A DNA stretch of 64,000 bases from contig OY781089.1 in assembly GCA_963676565.1 (NCBI GenBank), forward strand, positions 3,040,001-3,104,000, given 5' to 3'. This document shows positions 20,877 to 31,046 of this stretch, piece after piece. This DNA comes from Halarcobacter sp. (lineage in GTDB: Bacteria > Campylobacterota > Campylobacteria > Campylobacterales > Arcobacteraceae). Made by a program: the position numbers and the translations under genes. How positions within the stretch are numbered: the stretch's first letter is position 1; the number at the start of each line of letters is the position of its first letter. Under the pieces are notes generated by a model. That model worked only from the letters and a program-made list of their open reading frames with translations. It had not been told where the DNA came from and made no database searches.

Positions 20877-21776
20877 TTATTGCTCTTTTGACTTGTATTC
20901 ATTTACAAGTACGTATTTATCTCCCCTAATATTTGTCTTAACTGCAACATATTTTTCAGGGAATTCATCTCTTAATTTTTTTAAAGCAATATGAACTAAA
21001 ATCCCATCAAGGGGTTTAGTTTTGAAAGAACCTTTCTCTTTTATTGTTTCAATTACTGGTTCTAGATAAGCATAAATTGCAGTCTCTTGATTTTTCAAAA
21101 ACTCTGCAACCTCAAGTCTTAACATAAGACCATATTTTTCATTAATCCAATTAAATAAAATATATGAAAGTGCCTTATATCTATAACCCTCTTTACCAAT
21201 TAGTAAAGCAGAGTCATCTCCAGTAAATTCGATATATAAAGTATCTTCATCATAAAATTCTACTTTAATATTTTCAATACCATAACATGTATCTTCAAAT
21301 AAAGATTTTAGACCTGCATCAACTTCATCTAAAATATCTTGTCTCTCTTTTTTTACAACAATTTTTGCAACTTCACCTTTTGAAGCATCTTCACCATAAA
21401 AATTATCAAAGATTTTTTCCTTTGATTCTACTTTTGGAACATCTCTTAGTCTTGGCTGCTCTTTTTTTCTTTCTTCTCTTCTTCTTTTTTGCGCAGCTCT
21501 TCTTTGATCCTCTTTATTAGAATCTTCAATTTTCTTAGAGACCTCTTCAATCTTTATATCTTTTTTCTTGAATTTATGTTCTCTAGGTTTGTTATCTCTT
21601 CTTTTATTATTATATTTTGGGCTTGCTGTGATAATGGCATCTTTTTTACCAAATCCTAGAAAACCCTTACTTGGTTGTTGAATAATCTCAATATTTAACT
21701 GCGTAATTGAACAACCAAATTCATTTGATGCTAATTCATAAACCTCTTCTAAAGTTTTTGCTTCAAATTGTTTCAT
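20877..21776 (-). CDS. jag: Jag/KhpB-like RNA-binding protein
   Basis: Jag_N (KGFLGFGKK) and KH GKEG motif; between yidC and mnmE. Confidence 0.85.
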   Translation of the reverse strand: MKQFEAKTLEEVYELASNEFGCSITQLNIEIIQQPSKGFLGFGKKDAIITASPKYNNKRRDNKPREHKFKKKDIKIEEVSKKIEDSNKEDQRRAAQKRRREERKKEQPRLRDVPKVESKEKIFDNFYGEDASKGEVAKIVVKKERQDILDEVDAGLKSLFEDTCYGIENIKVEFYDEDTLYIEFTGDDSALLIGKEGYRYKALSYILFNWINEKYGLMLRLEVAEFLKNQETAIYAYLEPVIETIKEKGSFKTKPLDGILVHIALKKLRDEFPEKYVAVKTNIRGDKYVLVNEYKSKEQ

Positions 21777-21788
21777 AGTAAACTCCTA

Positions 21789-23396
21789 TTACTTTTTAGC
21801 AGCTCTTTGCTTTTCAAACATTCTATTAATATAGTATTGTTGAGAAATAGTAAATACGTTGTTTACAAACCAATATAATGTAAGTCCCGCTGGGAACCAT
21901 AGGAAGAAGAATGTAAATACAACTGGCAACATTTGGAAAATCTTTCTTTGCATCTCATCTTGCATAGTATTTGGAGTAATTCTTTGTTGTAAATACATTG
22001 AAGCACCCATTAAAATTGGTAATACAAAATATGGATCCATCTCAGCTAAATCGTGAATCCATAAAATCCACTCTGCACCTTTAAGCTCAATTGAGTTTAA
22101 TAAAACCCTATAAATAGCAAAGAATACTGGAATTTGTAAGATTAATGGTAAACAACCACCCATTGGATTTGCACCATGTTTCTTGTAAAGTTCCATCATA
22201 TGCATAGATTGTTTTTGTTTATCATCTTTGTATTTTGTTTGAATCTCTTTCATTTTAGGAGCTAAATCTTTTAGCTTTTGCATAGATACCATACCTTTGT
22301 ATGATAATGGATATAATATAAGTTTAATAATAATTGTTAAAAATACAATTGTCCAACCCCAGTTTCCAACAATACCATGAATATATTGTAAGAATAAGAA
22401 CATAGGTTTTGCAATAAATGTAAACCAACCATACTCAATAACATCAGTTAATTCAGGGTTTAATGCTTCTAAATCTTTAAAGTTTTTAGGTCCCATAAAA
22501 CCTGAAAATGAAACATCCCCATTTGCATGTATAAAACTTTGTGGATTATTTGAAGAATCAGGCATTAAAGAAACTTGTAACGAGTTTTCAAAATTATAAG
22601 CTACAGTTGCATAATATCTATCAAAGTTTGAAACAAATTTGATTCCTGTATGAGATTCAACTTTTTCTAGTTTTTCATCAGAAGTTAAACTCATAGTTCC
22701 ATCATTTAATTTTAAATACACACCATGATCAGCATACATATCAACTAAAACATTTGGTCTAAATCCATTTGTAATAAAAAATTGTTGTTTTTCAGAAGTT
22801 TTTACATTTATATCATAATGCCCATCTGGGTAAAATGTTAAATCTTTTGTTACTATTAATCCATCTATATTTTGAGTTAATGTAAGTTTTTGTTCAGTAG
22901 ATGTAGCATCAACTTTTGAACTTGAAGATGTATAAGCAACTTTAAATGCTTTTTCATTTGTATCTGCATTTGCAAATCTAACCTCTAAAGGTCTTAATTG
23001 ATTTGCTTCAAAAAGTTTGATTTGGTTACCCTCTTCATCTTTATATTTACTTTCTAAAAGTGTAACTTGTGCAACTCTACCTAGTTTATCTATTTGGATA
23101 GTGTTTTTTGCAGTTGTAATTGTTGAAATTATTTCAGAATCTCCAATTGCTTTTGAAGAAAGTGCTGAAATTGACTTTTTCATATCTGCACTTGAAGGTT
23201 GTGCTGCTGGACTTACATTTGAAGCAATTTCAGGTGCTGCATTTTGAGATTGTTCTTTTGCTATTTGTGCTTGTTTAGCCTTCTCTTCTTGTTGAGGCTT
23301 TAATACTAAAAATTCATAAGCAATAAAAAATACAAACACTACTAGTGTCATTATTAACATTCTTTTTTGCATACCGTTATCTTGTTGATTCATCAT
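21789..23396 (-). CDS. yidC: Membrane protein insertase YidC
   Basis: EYGW, NWGWTI, NPMGGCLP and GLTLYW motifs. Confidence 0.97.
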   Translation of the reverse strand: MMNQQDNGMQKRMLIMTLVVFVFFIAYEFLVLKPQQEEKAKQAQIAKEQSQNAAPEIASNVSPAAQPSSADMKKSISALSSKAIGDSEIISTITTAKNTIQIDKLGRVAQVTLLESKYKDEEGNQIKLFEANQLRPLEVRFANADTNEKAFKVAYTSSSSKVDATSTEQKLTLTQNIDGLIVTKDLTFYPDGHYDINVKTSEKQQFFITNGFRPNVLVDMYADHGVYLKLNDGTMSLTSDEKLEKVESHTGIKFVSNFDRYYATVAYNFENSLQVSLMPDSSNNPQSFIHANGDVSFSGFMGPKNFKDLEALNPELTDVIEYGWFTFIAKPMFLFLQYIHGIVGNWGWTIVFLTIIIKLILYPLSYKGMVSMQKLKDLAPKMKEIQTKYKDDKQKQSMHMMELYKKHGANPMGGCLPLILQIPVFFAIYRVLLNSIELKGAEWILWIHDLAEMDPYFVLPILMGASMYLQQRITPNTMQDEMQRKIFQMLPVVFTFFFLWFPAGLTLYWFVNNVFTISQQYYINRMFEKQRAAKK

Positions 23397-23721
23397 TATA
23401 TGTTTTCCACTCCCGATTTTTTACTATGAGATATTTATTGTCACCTATTGGTACATGCCAATAGGTGACTTTAATTTTTTTAAAATTGATATTATTATGC
23501 CTTACAATCTTTACAACTGGATAATCAAATCCACCAGGAAAAAGTTGATTGCATTTTAATACGCGTGATATTGTAAAATAAATTGCCTTAAAGAAAGAAT
23601 TGTTTTCCAACTGCCATAGTGCATAATTTGAGCAAGTTGGGTAATATCTACAACTTCCAAAGGAAATTACAGACAAGTATCGTTGATAAAATTTGATTAA
23701 GTATCTAAAAAGTGTTTTCAT
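23377..23721 (-). CDS. yidD: Membrane protein insertion efficiency factor YidD
   Basis: CRYYPTCSNY and KCNQLFPGGFD; position upstream of yidC. Confidence 0.93.
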   Translation of the reverse strand: MKTLFRYLIKFYQRYLSVISFGSCRYYPTCSNYALWQLENNSFFKAIYFTISRVLKCNQLFPGGFDYPVVKIVRHNNINFKKIKVTYWHVPIGDNKYLIVKNREWKTYNDESTR

Positions 23722-24056
23722 TTTGAATAAAGTTGCATTTTTTTCATTGCATATATAAAATCTTTTTCTAACTCTTTATGAGTTTTTTCAAAAAGTCTTT
23801 CTTTTGCAACAAAAATATATTTGCCAGTGGCAATATTATTTTCAAAAGTTAAGCATAAGGCTCTTAATTTTCTTTTTGCTTTCGCTCTTTTTACAGCATT
23901 TCCTACTTTTTTTGAAGCAACAAATGCAATTTCTAGATCTTTGCTAGAAGTAAAAAAAGCGACAAAAGAGTGGGTGTGCCACTTCTTGCCGCTTTTATAT
24001 AATCGATTAAAATCTTTTGAATTGTTAAGACGGTGGTCTTTGCTTAAACAGCTAAT
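23718..24056 (-). CDS. rnpA: Ribonuclease P protein component (absent from ORF track; probable ATT start)
   Basis: Manual translation (I/M)[26 protein letters not shown]...[19 protein letters not shown]...LYSK-TGA; the TGA overlaps the yidD ATG. Confidence 0.9.
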   Translation of the reverse strand: MSCLSKDHRLNNSKDFNRLYKSGKKWHTHSFVAFFTSSKDLEIAFVASKKVGNAVKRAKAKRKLRALCLTFENNIATGKYIFVAKERLFEKTHKELEKDFIYAMKKMQLYSK

Positions 24057-24178
24057 CTCTTTCTACCTTTAGCTCTTCTAGCTTTAATTACTTTTCTACC
24101 GTTCTTAGTTTTCATTCTGATTCTAAAACCATGCGTTCTTTTTCTTGGCGTGTTATGTGGTTGATATGTTCTTTTCAT
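24044..24178 (-). CDS. rpmH: 50S ribosomal protein L34 (absent from ORF track)
   Basis: [44 protein letters not shown]. Confidence 0.98.
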   Translation of the reverse strand: MKRTYQPHNTPRKRTHGFRIRMKTKNGRKVIKARRAKGRKRLAV

Positions 24179-24207
24179 ATTCTTTAGTTCCTCTATTCAC
24201 AAATTAA

Positions 24208-24243
24208 GTCGCGTATTATATTTAAACAAAACTTAAGTTAAGG
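24208..24243 (-). promoter_or_regulatory. Sigma-70 promoter of the rpmH operon with GC-rich discriminator
   Basis: Minus strand CTTAAG...AAATATAAT-ACGCGAC; TATAAT at 24220-24215. Confidence 0.6.
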
Positions 24244-24253
24244 TTAACTTTAG

Positions 24254-25156
24254 CTACTTTTCCAGATTTAATGCTTTTTGAACGCAACTTTCTAATGTTG
24301 TGTTATCTGCTATACTTACATTTATATTTTTGGGAAAATATTTCATTGTTGTTTTTCCAATACTTATAGCTCTAAAAGAGTCTTTCCAATTTACATTTTT
24401 GAAAAATGAATCAATAGTTGAAGGGGATGAAAATATAATAATTGAATCATCTGGTAAATCTATCTTTTCTTCATATTCTACACATACTGTTTCATATAAA
24501 GCTATATGTTCACATTCTACATTGTTTTCATTTAAAATACCAATTAGATTAGAGACAATTTTTTTTGCCCCAATATAAGCAACTTTTTTGTTTCTTAATA
24601 ACTTGATAAGTTCATAGGCAAACTCATTACCATGCTTTTCCTTGCCAACAAATGCTGCCTTTATCCCAAATTTGCTTATCTGTTTTGCAGTTTGTGTTGA
24701 GATGGCATAAGAGGGGATATTTTTCCATTCTTTTGTAATTGAATTTAAATGTATTACTGCATTCTTTGAGGTAAAAATTAATCCATCATAGTTTTTTAAA
24801 TCTATCTCATTTAAGATTGGTTTTGTATTTATAAGTGGCAAGTTTTTTGCATATTTAACATTTTTGTCACTTAAAATATAAATATTTTTATTTCTATTTT
24901 TAATATCATAATTTATATTCTTAACTCTTTGTTTTAAATGCTCAAAAAAATTATCTTTAGAAGATATTACCAAATCACCATTTTCATCAATAAAAAATTG
25001 AATTTGATTTTTTGAAAGTTCATATGTAAGTTTAATAAACTCCTTATAAGAACTGTTTTTATCACAATTTTTATCTTTTACGAATTTATTTTGATATTTA
25101 TCATATTCATAATAAAGTAGTTTTAGATTATCAAAAAGCTGTGTAAGGTTTTTCAT
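24254..25156 (-). CDS. hemD: Uroporphyrinogen-III synthase with an N-terminal extension
   Basis: LIFTSKNAV, LYET, IFSSPS and ISIGKTT motifs. Confidence 0.8.
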   Translation of the reverse strand: MKNLTQLFDNLKLLYYEYDKYQNKFVKDKNCDKNSSYKEFIKLTYELSKNQIQFFIDENGDLVISSKDNFFEHLKQRVKNINYDIKNRNKNIYILSDKNVKYAKNLPLINTKPILNEIDLKNYDGLIFTSKNAVIHLNSITKEWKNIPSYAISTQTAKQISKFGIKAAFVGKEKHGNEFAYELIKLLRNKKVAYIGAKKIVSNLIGILNENNVECEHIALYETVCVEYEEKIDLPDDSIIIFSSPSTIDSFFKNVNWKDSFRAISIGKTTMKYFPKNINVSIADNTTLESCVQKALNLEK

Positions 25157-25174
25157 TTTCCTCTCATCTTTACA

Positions 25175-25207
25175 TAAAATAAAGCTTCAATTAGAAGCTT
25201 TATTTTA
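25175..25207 (-). terminator. Terminator after clpB
   Basis: TAAAATAAAGCTTC-AATTA-GAAGCTTTATTTTA inverted repeat. Confidence 0.7.
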
Positions 25208-27784
25208 ATTTAAATTAACTACGACTTTATCATTTATAACATCAAACTCTACTTTAGAACCTTCTACAATTTTATCTTCTAAGATTAAGTCAGCTAATTT
25301 ATCTTCTACTATCTCATAAATAGCTCTTTTTAGTGGTCTTGCACCATAAACTGGGTCGAAACCAACTTTTGCAATAAACTCTTTTGCACTTGTAGTTAAA
25401 CTAATCTCAATATCTTTTGAAACAACTTTTTTCTTAATAGCTTCAAATAATATATCAACTATATTTGTAATAGCTTCAAGTCCTAGCTGCTCAAAGATAA
25501 CAATATCATCAAGTCTATTTAAAAACTCTGGTCTAAAATAAGCTTTTAAATCATCTAATACTAATTTTTTTCTTTCCTCTTTATCACTAATTTCAATAAT
25601 CTTAGCACTTCCAATATTTGAAGTTAAGATGATAATTGTATTTTTAAAATCAACAGTAACACCTTTGTTATCAGTAAGTCTTCCATCATCTAATACTTGT
25701 AAAAGTATATTAAATACATCAGGGTGTGCTTTTTCTATCTCATCAAATAAAATAACACTATAAGGTTTTCTTCTAACTGCTTCTGTTAACTGACCACCTT
25801 CTTCATATCCTACATATCCTGGAGCTGCACCAATAAGTCTACTTACAGCATGTTTTTCCATATACTCACTCATATCAAATCTAATAAGAGCTTTTTCATC
25901 ATCAAATAAAAATCTTGCAAGTGTTTTAGCACTTTCTGTTTTACCAACTCCTGTTGGTCCTAAGAACATAAATGACCCAACTGGTCTATTATCATCACTT
26001 AATCCAGCTTTGTTTCTTTTAATAGCTCTAGAGATTGCTTTTAAAGCTTCATCTTGCCCTATTACATCTTGTTTTAAAACCTCTTCAACTTTTAAAACTT
26101 TTTGTTTTTCAGAGTCCATCATTTTATTTACTGGAATACCTGTCCATCTACTTACAATACTTGCAATTGACTCTTCATCAACTGAGTTTCTAAGTAAGGT
26201 ACCCTCTTCTTGCATTTGATTCCATTTAGCTTGGTTTTCAGCAATCTTTTTTTGTAACTCTGGAATTTCACCATACTCAATTGAAGCTGCTTCTTCAAAC
26301 TTTGATTCTCTTTTAGCTCTTTCTGCTTTTACTTTTAATTCATCAATTTTTGCTTTTAATGAACTTTCTGCATTAAAAGTCTCTTTTTCATTGTCAAATC
26401 TTGCTTCTAAGTTTTGCTTTTCTTCATTTTTGTTTGCCAATTCTTTTTCAATCTCTTCTAATCTTTGTTCATTCTTTTTAGATTTTTCCATTTTTAATGC
26501 TTCTTTTTCTACATTAAGTGTTTGTATCTCTCTTTTTATTGTAGAAAGGGCAATTGGCTCTGATTCTATTTGCATTTTTAGCTCTGCTGCTGCTTCATCA
26601 ATTAAGTCAATTGCTTTATCTGGTAAAAATCTATCAGAGATATATCTATCAGATAATTTGGCAGCTGCAACTAATGCAGAATCATTTATTGTTACATTAT
26701 GGTGTGTTTCAAGTCTCTCTTTTATACCTCTTAGTATTTGTAAAGCTTCATTTACACTTGGCTCATTTACATTAACTGGTTGGAACCTTCTTTGCATTGC
26801 TGCATCTTTTTCAAAATATTTTCTATACTCTTTTAGTGTAGTTGCACCAATAGTGTGTAGTTCACCTCTTGCTAATGATGGTTTTAAGATATTTGCTGCA
26901 TCCATACTACCTTCACTTGCACCTGCACCAATAATTGTGTGAATCTCATCAATAAAAAGGATAATATTTCCAGCTTTTTTCACTTCATCAATAACTGCTT
27001 TTAATCTATCTTCAAACTCACCTCTATATTTAGCACCTGCAATTAATGCACTCATATCTAAAGTTACAACTTTTTTATTTTGTAAACTTAAAGGTACTTG
27101 TTTTTCAACTATTCTTTGAGCTAGACCTTCTGCTATTGCTGTTTTACCAGTACCTGGCTCACCTAGTAAAATTGGATTATTTTTAGTTTTTCTAATTAGA
27201 ATTTGCATCATTCTTTGAATTTGCTCATCTCTTCCAATTACAGGGTCTAATTCACCATCAATCGCTTTTTTATTTAAATCAATACCATATTTACTTAAAG
27301 CTTCTAAATTATCATCTGAACTTTGTGAATCAATTGTTTGTCCTGCTCTCATAGCTTCAAGATTCTTCTTAGCCTCACTTAAATCTAAATACTTTCCAAG
27401 CACATCTTTAATCACTTGATTTGATAAATTTGCCATCAACCATGTATCAATAGCTATAAATTTATCTCCATTGCTAGTCATCAGGCCTTCAGCATTTTGA
27501 ACCGAACTTAAAAAGTTTCTTGATAGTTTTATATTCTCTTTTGTTACACTTGAAACTTGAGGAAGTTTGTTAGCATATGATTTTGCTTCTAATTCAATTG
27601 CTGCTTTATCCACATTCATTTTATTTAATAGTTGATTTAATACTGAATTTGTATTTGTTAATAAAGCCCATAAAAAGTGAATTACATCAACTTCTTGATT
27701 TTTATTATGTAATGCAAGTGATACTGATGAATCAATCACTTCATGCATTTGGTTTGTTAGTTTTTCAAATATTTTATTACTCAT
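25205..27784 (-). CDS. clpB: ATP-dependent disaggregase ClpB
   Basis: Two AAA+ modules ([16 protein letters not shown]) and a long coiled-coil middle domain. Confidence 0.97.
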   Translation of the reverse strand: MSNKIFEKLTNQMHEVIDSSVSLALHNKNQEVDVIHFLWALLTNTNSVLNQLLNKMNVDKAAIELEAKSYANKLPQVSSVTKENIKLSRNFLSSVQNAEGLMTSNGDKFIAIDTWLMANLSNQVIKDVLGKYLDLSEAKKNLEAMRAGQTIDSQSSDDNLEALSKYGIDLNKKAIDGELDPVIGRDEQIQRMMQILIRKTKNNPILLGEPGTGKTAIAEGLAQRIVEKQVPLSLQNKKVVTLDMSALIAGAKYRGEFEDRLKAVIDEVKKAGNIILFIDEIHTIIGAGASEGSMDAANILKPSLARGELHTIGATTLKEYRKYFEKDAAMQRRFQPVNVNEPSVNEALQILRGIKERLETHHNVTINDSALVAAAKLSDRYISDRFLPDKAIDLIDEAAAELKMQIESEPIALSTIKREIQTLNVEKEALKMEKSKKNEQRLEEIEKELANKNEEKQNLEARFDNEKETFNAESSLKAKIDELKVKAERAKRESKFEEAASIEYGEIPELQKKIAENQAKWNQMQEEGTLLRNSVDEESIASIVSRWTGIPVNKMMDSEKQKVLKVEEVLKQDVIGQDEALKAISRAIKRNKAGLSDDNRPVGSFMFLGPTGVGKTESAKTLARFLFDDEKALIRFDMSEYMEKHAVSRLIGAAPGYVGYEEGGQLTEAVRRKPYSVILFDEIEKAHPDVFNILLQVLDDGRLTDNKGVTVDFKNTIIILTSNIGSAKIIEISDKEERKKLVLDDLKAYFRPEFLNRLDDIVIFEQLGLEAITNIVDILFEAIKKKVVSKDIEISLTTSAKEFIAKVGFDPVYGARPLKRAIYEIVEDKLADLILEDKIVEGSKVEFDVINDKVVVNLN

Positions 27785-27811
27785 TTAGCACTCCTTTTCT
27801 TTAACTGCTAA
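27785..27811. promoter_or_regulatory. CIRCE-like (HrcA) operator over the clpB RBS
   Basis: TTAGCACTC-N9-AACTGCTAA versus consensus TTAGCACTC-N9-GAGTGCTAA. Confidence 0.7.
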
Positions 27812-27815
27812 TATA

Positions 27816-27846
27816 ATTTTAGCACTTTGAGTGTATCTTTGTCAAG
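27816..27846 (-). promoter_or_regulatory. clpB sigma-70 promoter overlapped by a HAIR-like (HspR) operator
   Basis: Minus strand TTGACA-N18-TAAAAT; TTTGAGT-N7-TGTCAAG at 27826-27846 versus CTTGAGT-N7-ACTCAAG. Confidence 0.65.
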
Positions 27847-27929
27847 TCTTTTTATAAATCTTTTATAAATTATAATTCTTTTTTTATATTTTTGTCCCTT
27901 TTAAAGTGGGACACTTTTGAAGGATTTTA

Positions 27930-28511
27930 ATGTTGTGTGGAATTGATGAAGCAGGCCGTGGTCCAATTGCAGGGCCTTTAAGTGTAGCAGGTGTTATATT
28001 TATAAATGAAGTTAAAGAATTAAATGACTCTAAGAAATTAAGTGAAAAAAAGAGGGAAGAATTATTCCCTAAAATTAAAGAAAACTGTCACTATCATATA
28101 GTATTTAAAAGTGCTAAAGAGATAGATGAAAAAGGAATTAGTACTTGTTTAAAAGAATCAATAATAGAAATTATGGAAACATTAAAAGATAAATGTGATG
28201 AAAATATAGAATTTTTAATGGATGGAAATACCTCTTTTGGGATAAATACACTTCAACATAAAATAAAAGCAGATGCAACGATAAAAGAAGTAAGTGCAGC
28301 TTCAATATTAGCAAAAGTAAGTCGTGACAGATATATGAATGAAATAGCCCCAAACTATAAAGAGTATGATTTTTATAAACATAAAGGATATGGAACAAAA
28401 GCTCATGTTGAAGCAATTAAAAAATATGGTAGAAGTGATCAACATAGAGTTACTTTTAGATTAAAAGCATTAGGTGAAGAAAAAATTGGAGTACAAAAAA
28501 ATCTATTTTGA
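27930..28511 (+). CDS. rnhB: Ribonuclease HII
   Basis: GIDEAGRGP, DSKKL, SAASILAKVSRD and HKGYGT motifs. Confidence 0.97.
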   Translation: MLCGIDEAGRGPIAGPLSVAGVIFINEVKELNDSKKLSEKKREELFPKIKENCHYHIVFKSAKEIDEKGISTCLKESIIEIMETLKDKCDENIEFLMDGNTSFGINTLQHKIKADATIKEVSAASILAKVSRDRYMNEIAPNYKEYDFYKHKGYGTKAHVEAIKKYGRSDQHRVTFRLKALGEEKIGVQKNLF

Positions 28512-28817
28512 AACCTCTCCAATATGATTTTCAACAGATTTTACTTTTCCTTCAAGTCTATTTTCATGACCAGGTCGAATATCAAAAGTTATAGTAGAAT
28601 ATATCCGTTTAGAACCTAATTGTTCTAACTTGTCATAACATTTTTGAATTATCATTAAGGCTTCACTCATTTTTTCTGTTTCAATAATAGTAGACATCGC
28701 AGTTAGTTTATAAGGATATCCACAATCTCTTATAACCTTTAAAACTTCAGAAACTTCTTTACTTTTACTTTCACTTTTATCTGTTGGAAACATAGCCATT
28801 TGTAACAATACAGACAC
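28503..28817 (-). CDS. MTH1187/YkoF-like thiamine-binding family protein
   Basis: Size and pattern (MFP...S..V...YKLTAMSTIIE...DIR..HENRLEGKVKSV). Confidence 0.8.
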   Translation of the reverse strand: MSVLLQMAMFPTDKSESKSKEVSEVLKVIRDCGYPYKLTAMSTIIETEKMSEALMIIQKCYDKLEQLGSKRIYSTITFDIRPGHENRLEGKVKSVENHIGEVSK

Positions 28818-28831
28818 AAGAACTCCTTATT

Positions 28832-30463
28832 TTAGTTGAAAATATTTAATTGGTTTTTACCATTTTTCTTAGCAACATACATACCCTCATCTGCTCTATC
28901 AAGTGCAGTATAAATATCATCACTAGCATTACAAATAGTTAAGCCCATACTTGCAGTTATTCTAATACTAAGATTATCAATTTTAAGTTTTTTTCTTGCA
29001 ATAATTTCCCTTAAATTTTCTGAATATTTTCTTGCACCATTTAAAGATGTATTTGGTAATAAAATAGCAAATTCTTCACCACCATATCTGCAAATTACAT
29101 CACTTTCTCTTTTGTGTTCCATCATTAAATCAGCCACGGCACATAATACATAGTCTCCTACTTGGTGACCATAGGTATCATTTATCTTCTTAAAATTATC
29201 AAGGTCGATAAGTAAAATAGCTACATCTTTGCCCTCACGTTTTGCAAGGTTTATTGACTCTTTTGCTATTGTCTCAAAATATCTTCTATTGTAAATTTTG
29301 GTTAAAAAATCTTTTTCAGAAAGGTCTTTTAATTCTTTATTCATTTCAAGCAGCTTTTCTTCATTGCTTTTTAATTGATGCGTTACTTTATAAAGTACTA
29401 TATTTTTATAAATAATAACAATTATTAAAAGAGTAAAAAGTCCAATAAAAAAGTATAAATATGGTAATTCTTTATATTCAGATAAACGTTTAAATTCATT
29501 TTTTAAATGATTAATTAAACTATTATCATGATAAACAAAATCTTTTATATCAATGTTTTTTCTAACTAAACCCATAACATTATATAAATCATAAATTCTT
29601 TGTAGTTTATTTAAATCAATATTCCCCAAAATATCAGTATCATAATAAGAAAGTTTTTTTAACTCTTTTCCTTCAAATATCAACTCTTCTCTTGTTAGAT
29701 TTTGAGTATTGTATTTTTCTAAAATTAAATCAACTGTTTCTTCAATATTTGAGTAAGCATATTCCCAACCCTTTAATGAAGCATTTCTAAATTTTTCAAC
29801 TAACTCTTCTTGATTTTCTAATTTTGTTTTACTAGTATATAAAAAATCACTATACATATCAAAGCCATAATCACTTGGAGAAAAAGTATTATATGCAATT
29901 CCCATTTTTTGTAAAAAATATGGTGCTTTTGAGGTATAAGCTGATATAACATCTGTTTTCTTATTTATTAAATCATTAATATTGTGAGTATGATTAATAA
30001 ATTTTAAATTTTTTAGTTGAACTTTTTGAGAAATAATCATAGATTTAAGTGATACTTCACTAGCATCGTCAATGGTAGTCATTATTCTTTTACCATGAAA
30101 ATCAGTAATATTATTGATATTAGATTCTTTTGTAGATATTAAAATTAGTGGACTATTTTGAAACAAAGCATATAAAGTAACAATATTTTTATTATCACTT
30201 TTTTCTAAAATTAAAGTTTCTCTACCAACTGCAAAATCATATTTGCCATTACTTACACCTTGAGGGATATCAAGACCAAATTCAAAAGGTTTAATATTTA
30301 CATCTAATCCTTCATCTTTGTAAAAACCTTTTTCTTTTGCAATAAAATAACCTGCAAATTGGAATTGATTAAACCATGATAATTGTAAGGTGACACTATT
30401 TGCAATAGCTAAAAAAGGATTCAATATCAAAATAAGAAACAGCGTAAAGAAAAAAGGATTCAT
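28832..30463 (-). CDS. Diguanylate cyclase with periplasmic NMT1/THI5-like binding domain
   Basis: LSWFNQFQFAGYFIAKEKGFY N-terminus, TM helix, RESD I-site and GGEEF. Confidence 0.87.
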   Translation of the reverse strand: MNPFFFTLFLILILNPFLAIANSVTLQLSWFNQFQFAGYFIAKEKGFYKDEGLDVNIKPFEFGLDIPQGVSNGKYDFAVGRETLILEKSDNKNIVTLYALFQNSPLILISTKESNINNITDFHGKRIMTTIDDASEVSLKSMIISQKVQLKNLKFINHTHNINDLINKKTDVISAYTSKAPYFLQKMGIAYNTFSPSDYGFDMYSDFLYTSKTKLENQEELVEKFRNASLKGWEYAYSNIEETVDLILEKYNTQNLTREELIFEGKELKKLSYYDTDILGNIDLNKLQRIYDLYNVMGLVRKNIDIKDFVYHDNSLINHLKNEFKRLSEYKELPYLYFFIGLFTLLIIVIIYKNIVLYKVTHQLKSNEEKLLEMNKELKDLSEKDFLTKIYNRRYFETIAKESINLAKREGKDVAILLIDLDNFKKINDTYGHQVGDYVLCAVADLMMEHKRESDVICRYGGEEFAILLPNTSLNGARKYSENLREIIARKKLKIDNLSIRITASMGLTICNASDDIYTALDRADEGMYVAKKNGKNQLNIFN

Positions 30464-30667
30464 TTGTTTTAATTTCCTATTATTGAATTATTAATAAATT
30501 ATTTTATGTATTTCATTCTACAATAGTTTTGATAAAAATAATTTTATATGTCTATATTTTTCAAGACTTTAAGTATGTAAAAAAGATATATTATATAGAT
30601 TTATTAATATTTTATTTACATTATTTTTGATATTATTTCAAACTTTACAATAAAAAAGGGGAAAAGT

Positions 30668-31006
30668 ATGCAGATAGAAATATCTCCAGAAGTTTTATTA
30701 TCTCAACTGGGTTACGCTAAAAATGATTCTTCATTGAAGCAAGCTGAAGATGTTATTAATGAAACTAAAAACTTCAATAAATTTTCAAAACATATAATTA
30801 GTTTAAATGACCATTTAAAAAAGATGAATGCATATGTTGCATTATCAAATTCATCTAATTATTTAAAAATTAAATGCGACGAAAATGATGCAGATGAAAT
30901 CTTAACTGAATTCCATAATGAAGTGTCTCATTGGGCTGGAAAATACAATGTTGATGTTGAGAAATTAGATAAAAAACATGTATATTATATTTTAGGATCT
31001 AACTAA
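30668..31006 (+). CDS. Hypothetical protein
   Basis: Clean ORF with AAGGGG RBS and a downstream terminator. Confidence 0.75.
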   Translation: MQIEISPEVLLSQLGYAKNDSSLKQAEDVINETKNFNKFSKHIISLNDHLKKMNAYVALSNSSNYLKIKCDENDADEILTEFHNEVSHWAGKYNVDVEKLDKKHVYYILGSN

Positions 31007-31013
31007 AAAAAGC

Positions 31014-31044
31014 AATAAAGATATCTTGAATAGATATCTTTATT
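31014..31044. terminator. Bidirectional terminator
   Basis: AATAAAGATATCT-TGAAT-AGATATCTTTATT between convergent genes. Confidence 0.7.
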
Positions 31045-31046
31045 TA

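Noticed and set aside
23821..24072. 83-aa plus-strand ORF from the track
   Set aside because: It is the antisense shadow of rnpA/rpmH, which carry recognisable motifs on the minus strand.
24179..24253. Possible oriC/dnaA next to rpmH
   Set aside because: No dnaA gene or DnaA-box cluster; hemD lies upstream instead. I also saw no parS palindrome near parAB.
26010..27804. Several plus-strand ORFs (up to 183 aa) inside clpB
   Set aside because: Antisense shadows of a conserved gene with no motifs. The same applies to those opposite purH, purL, yidC, mnmE and the ABC ATPase.
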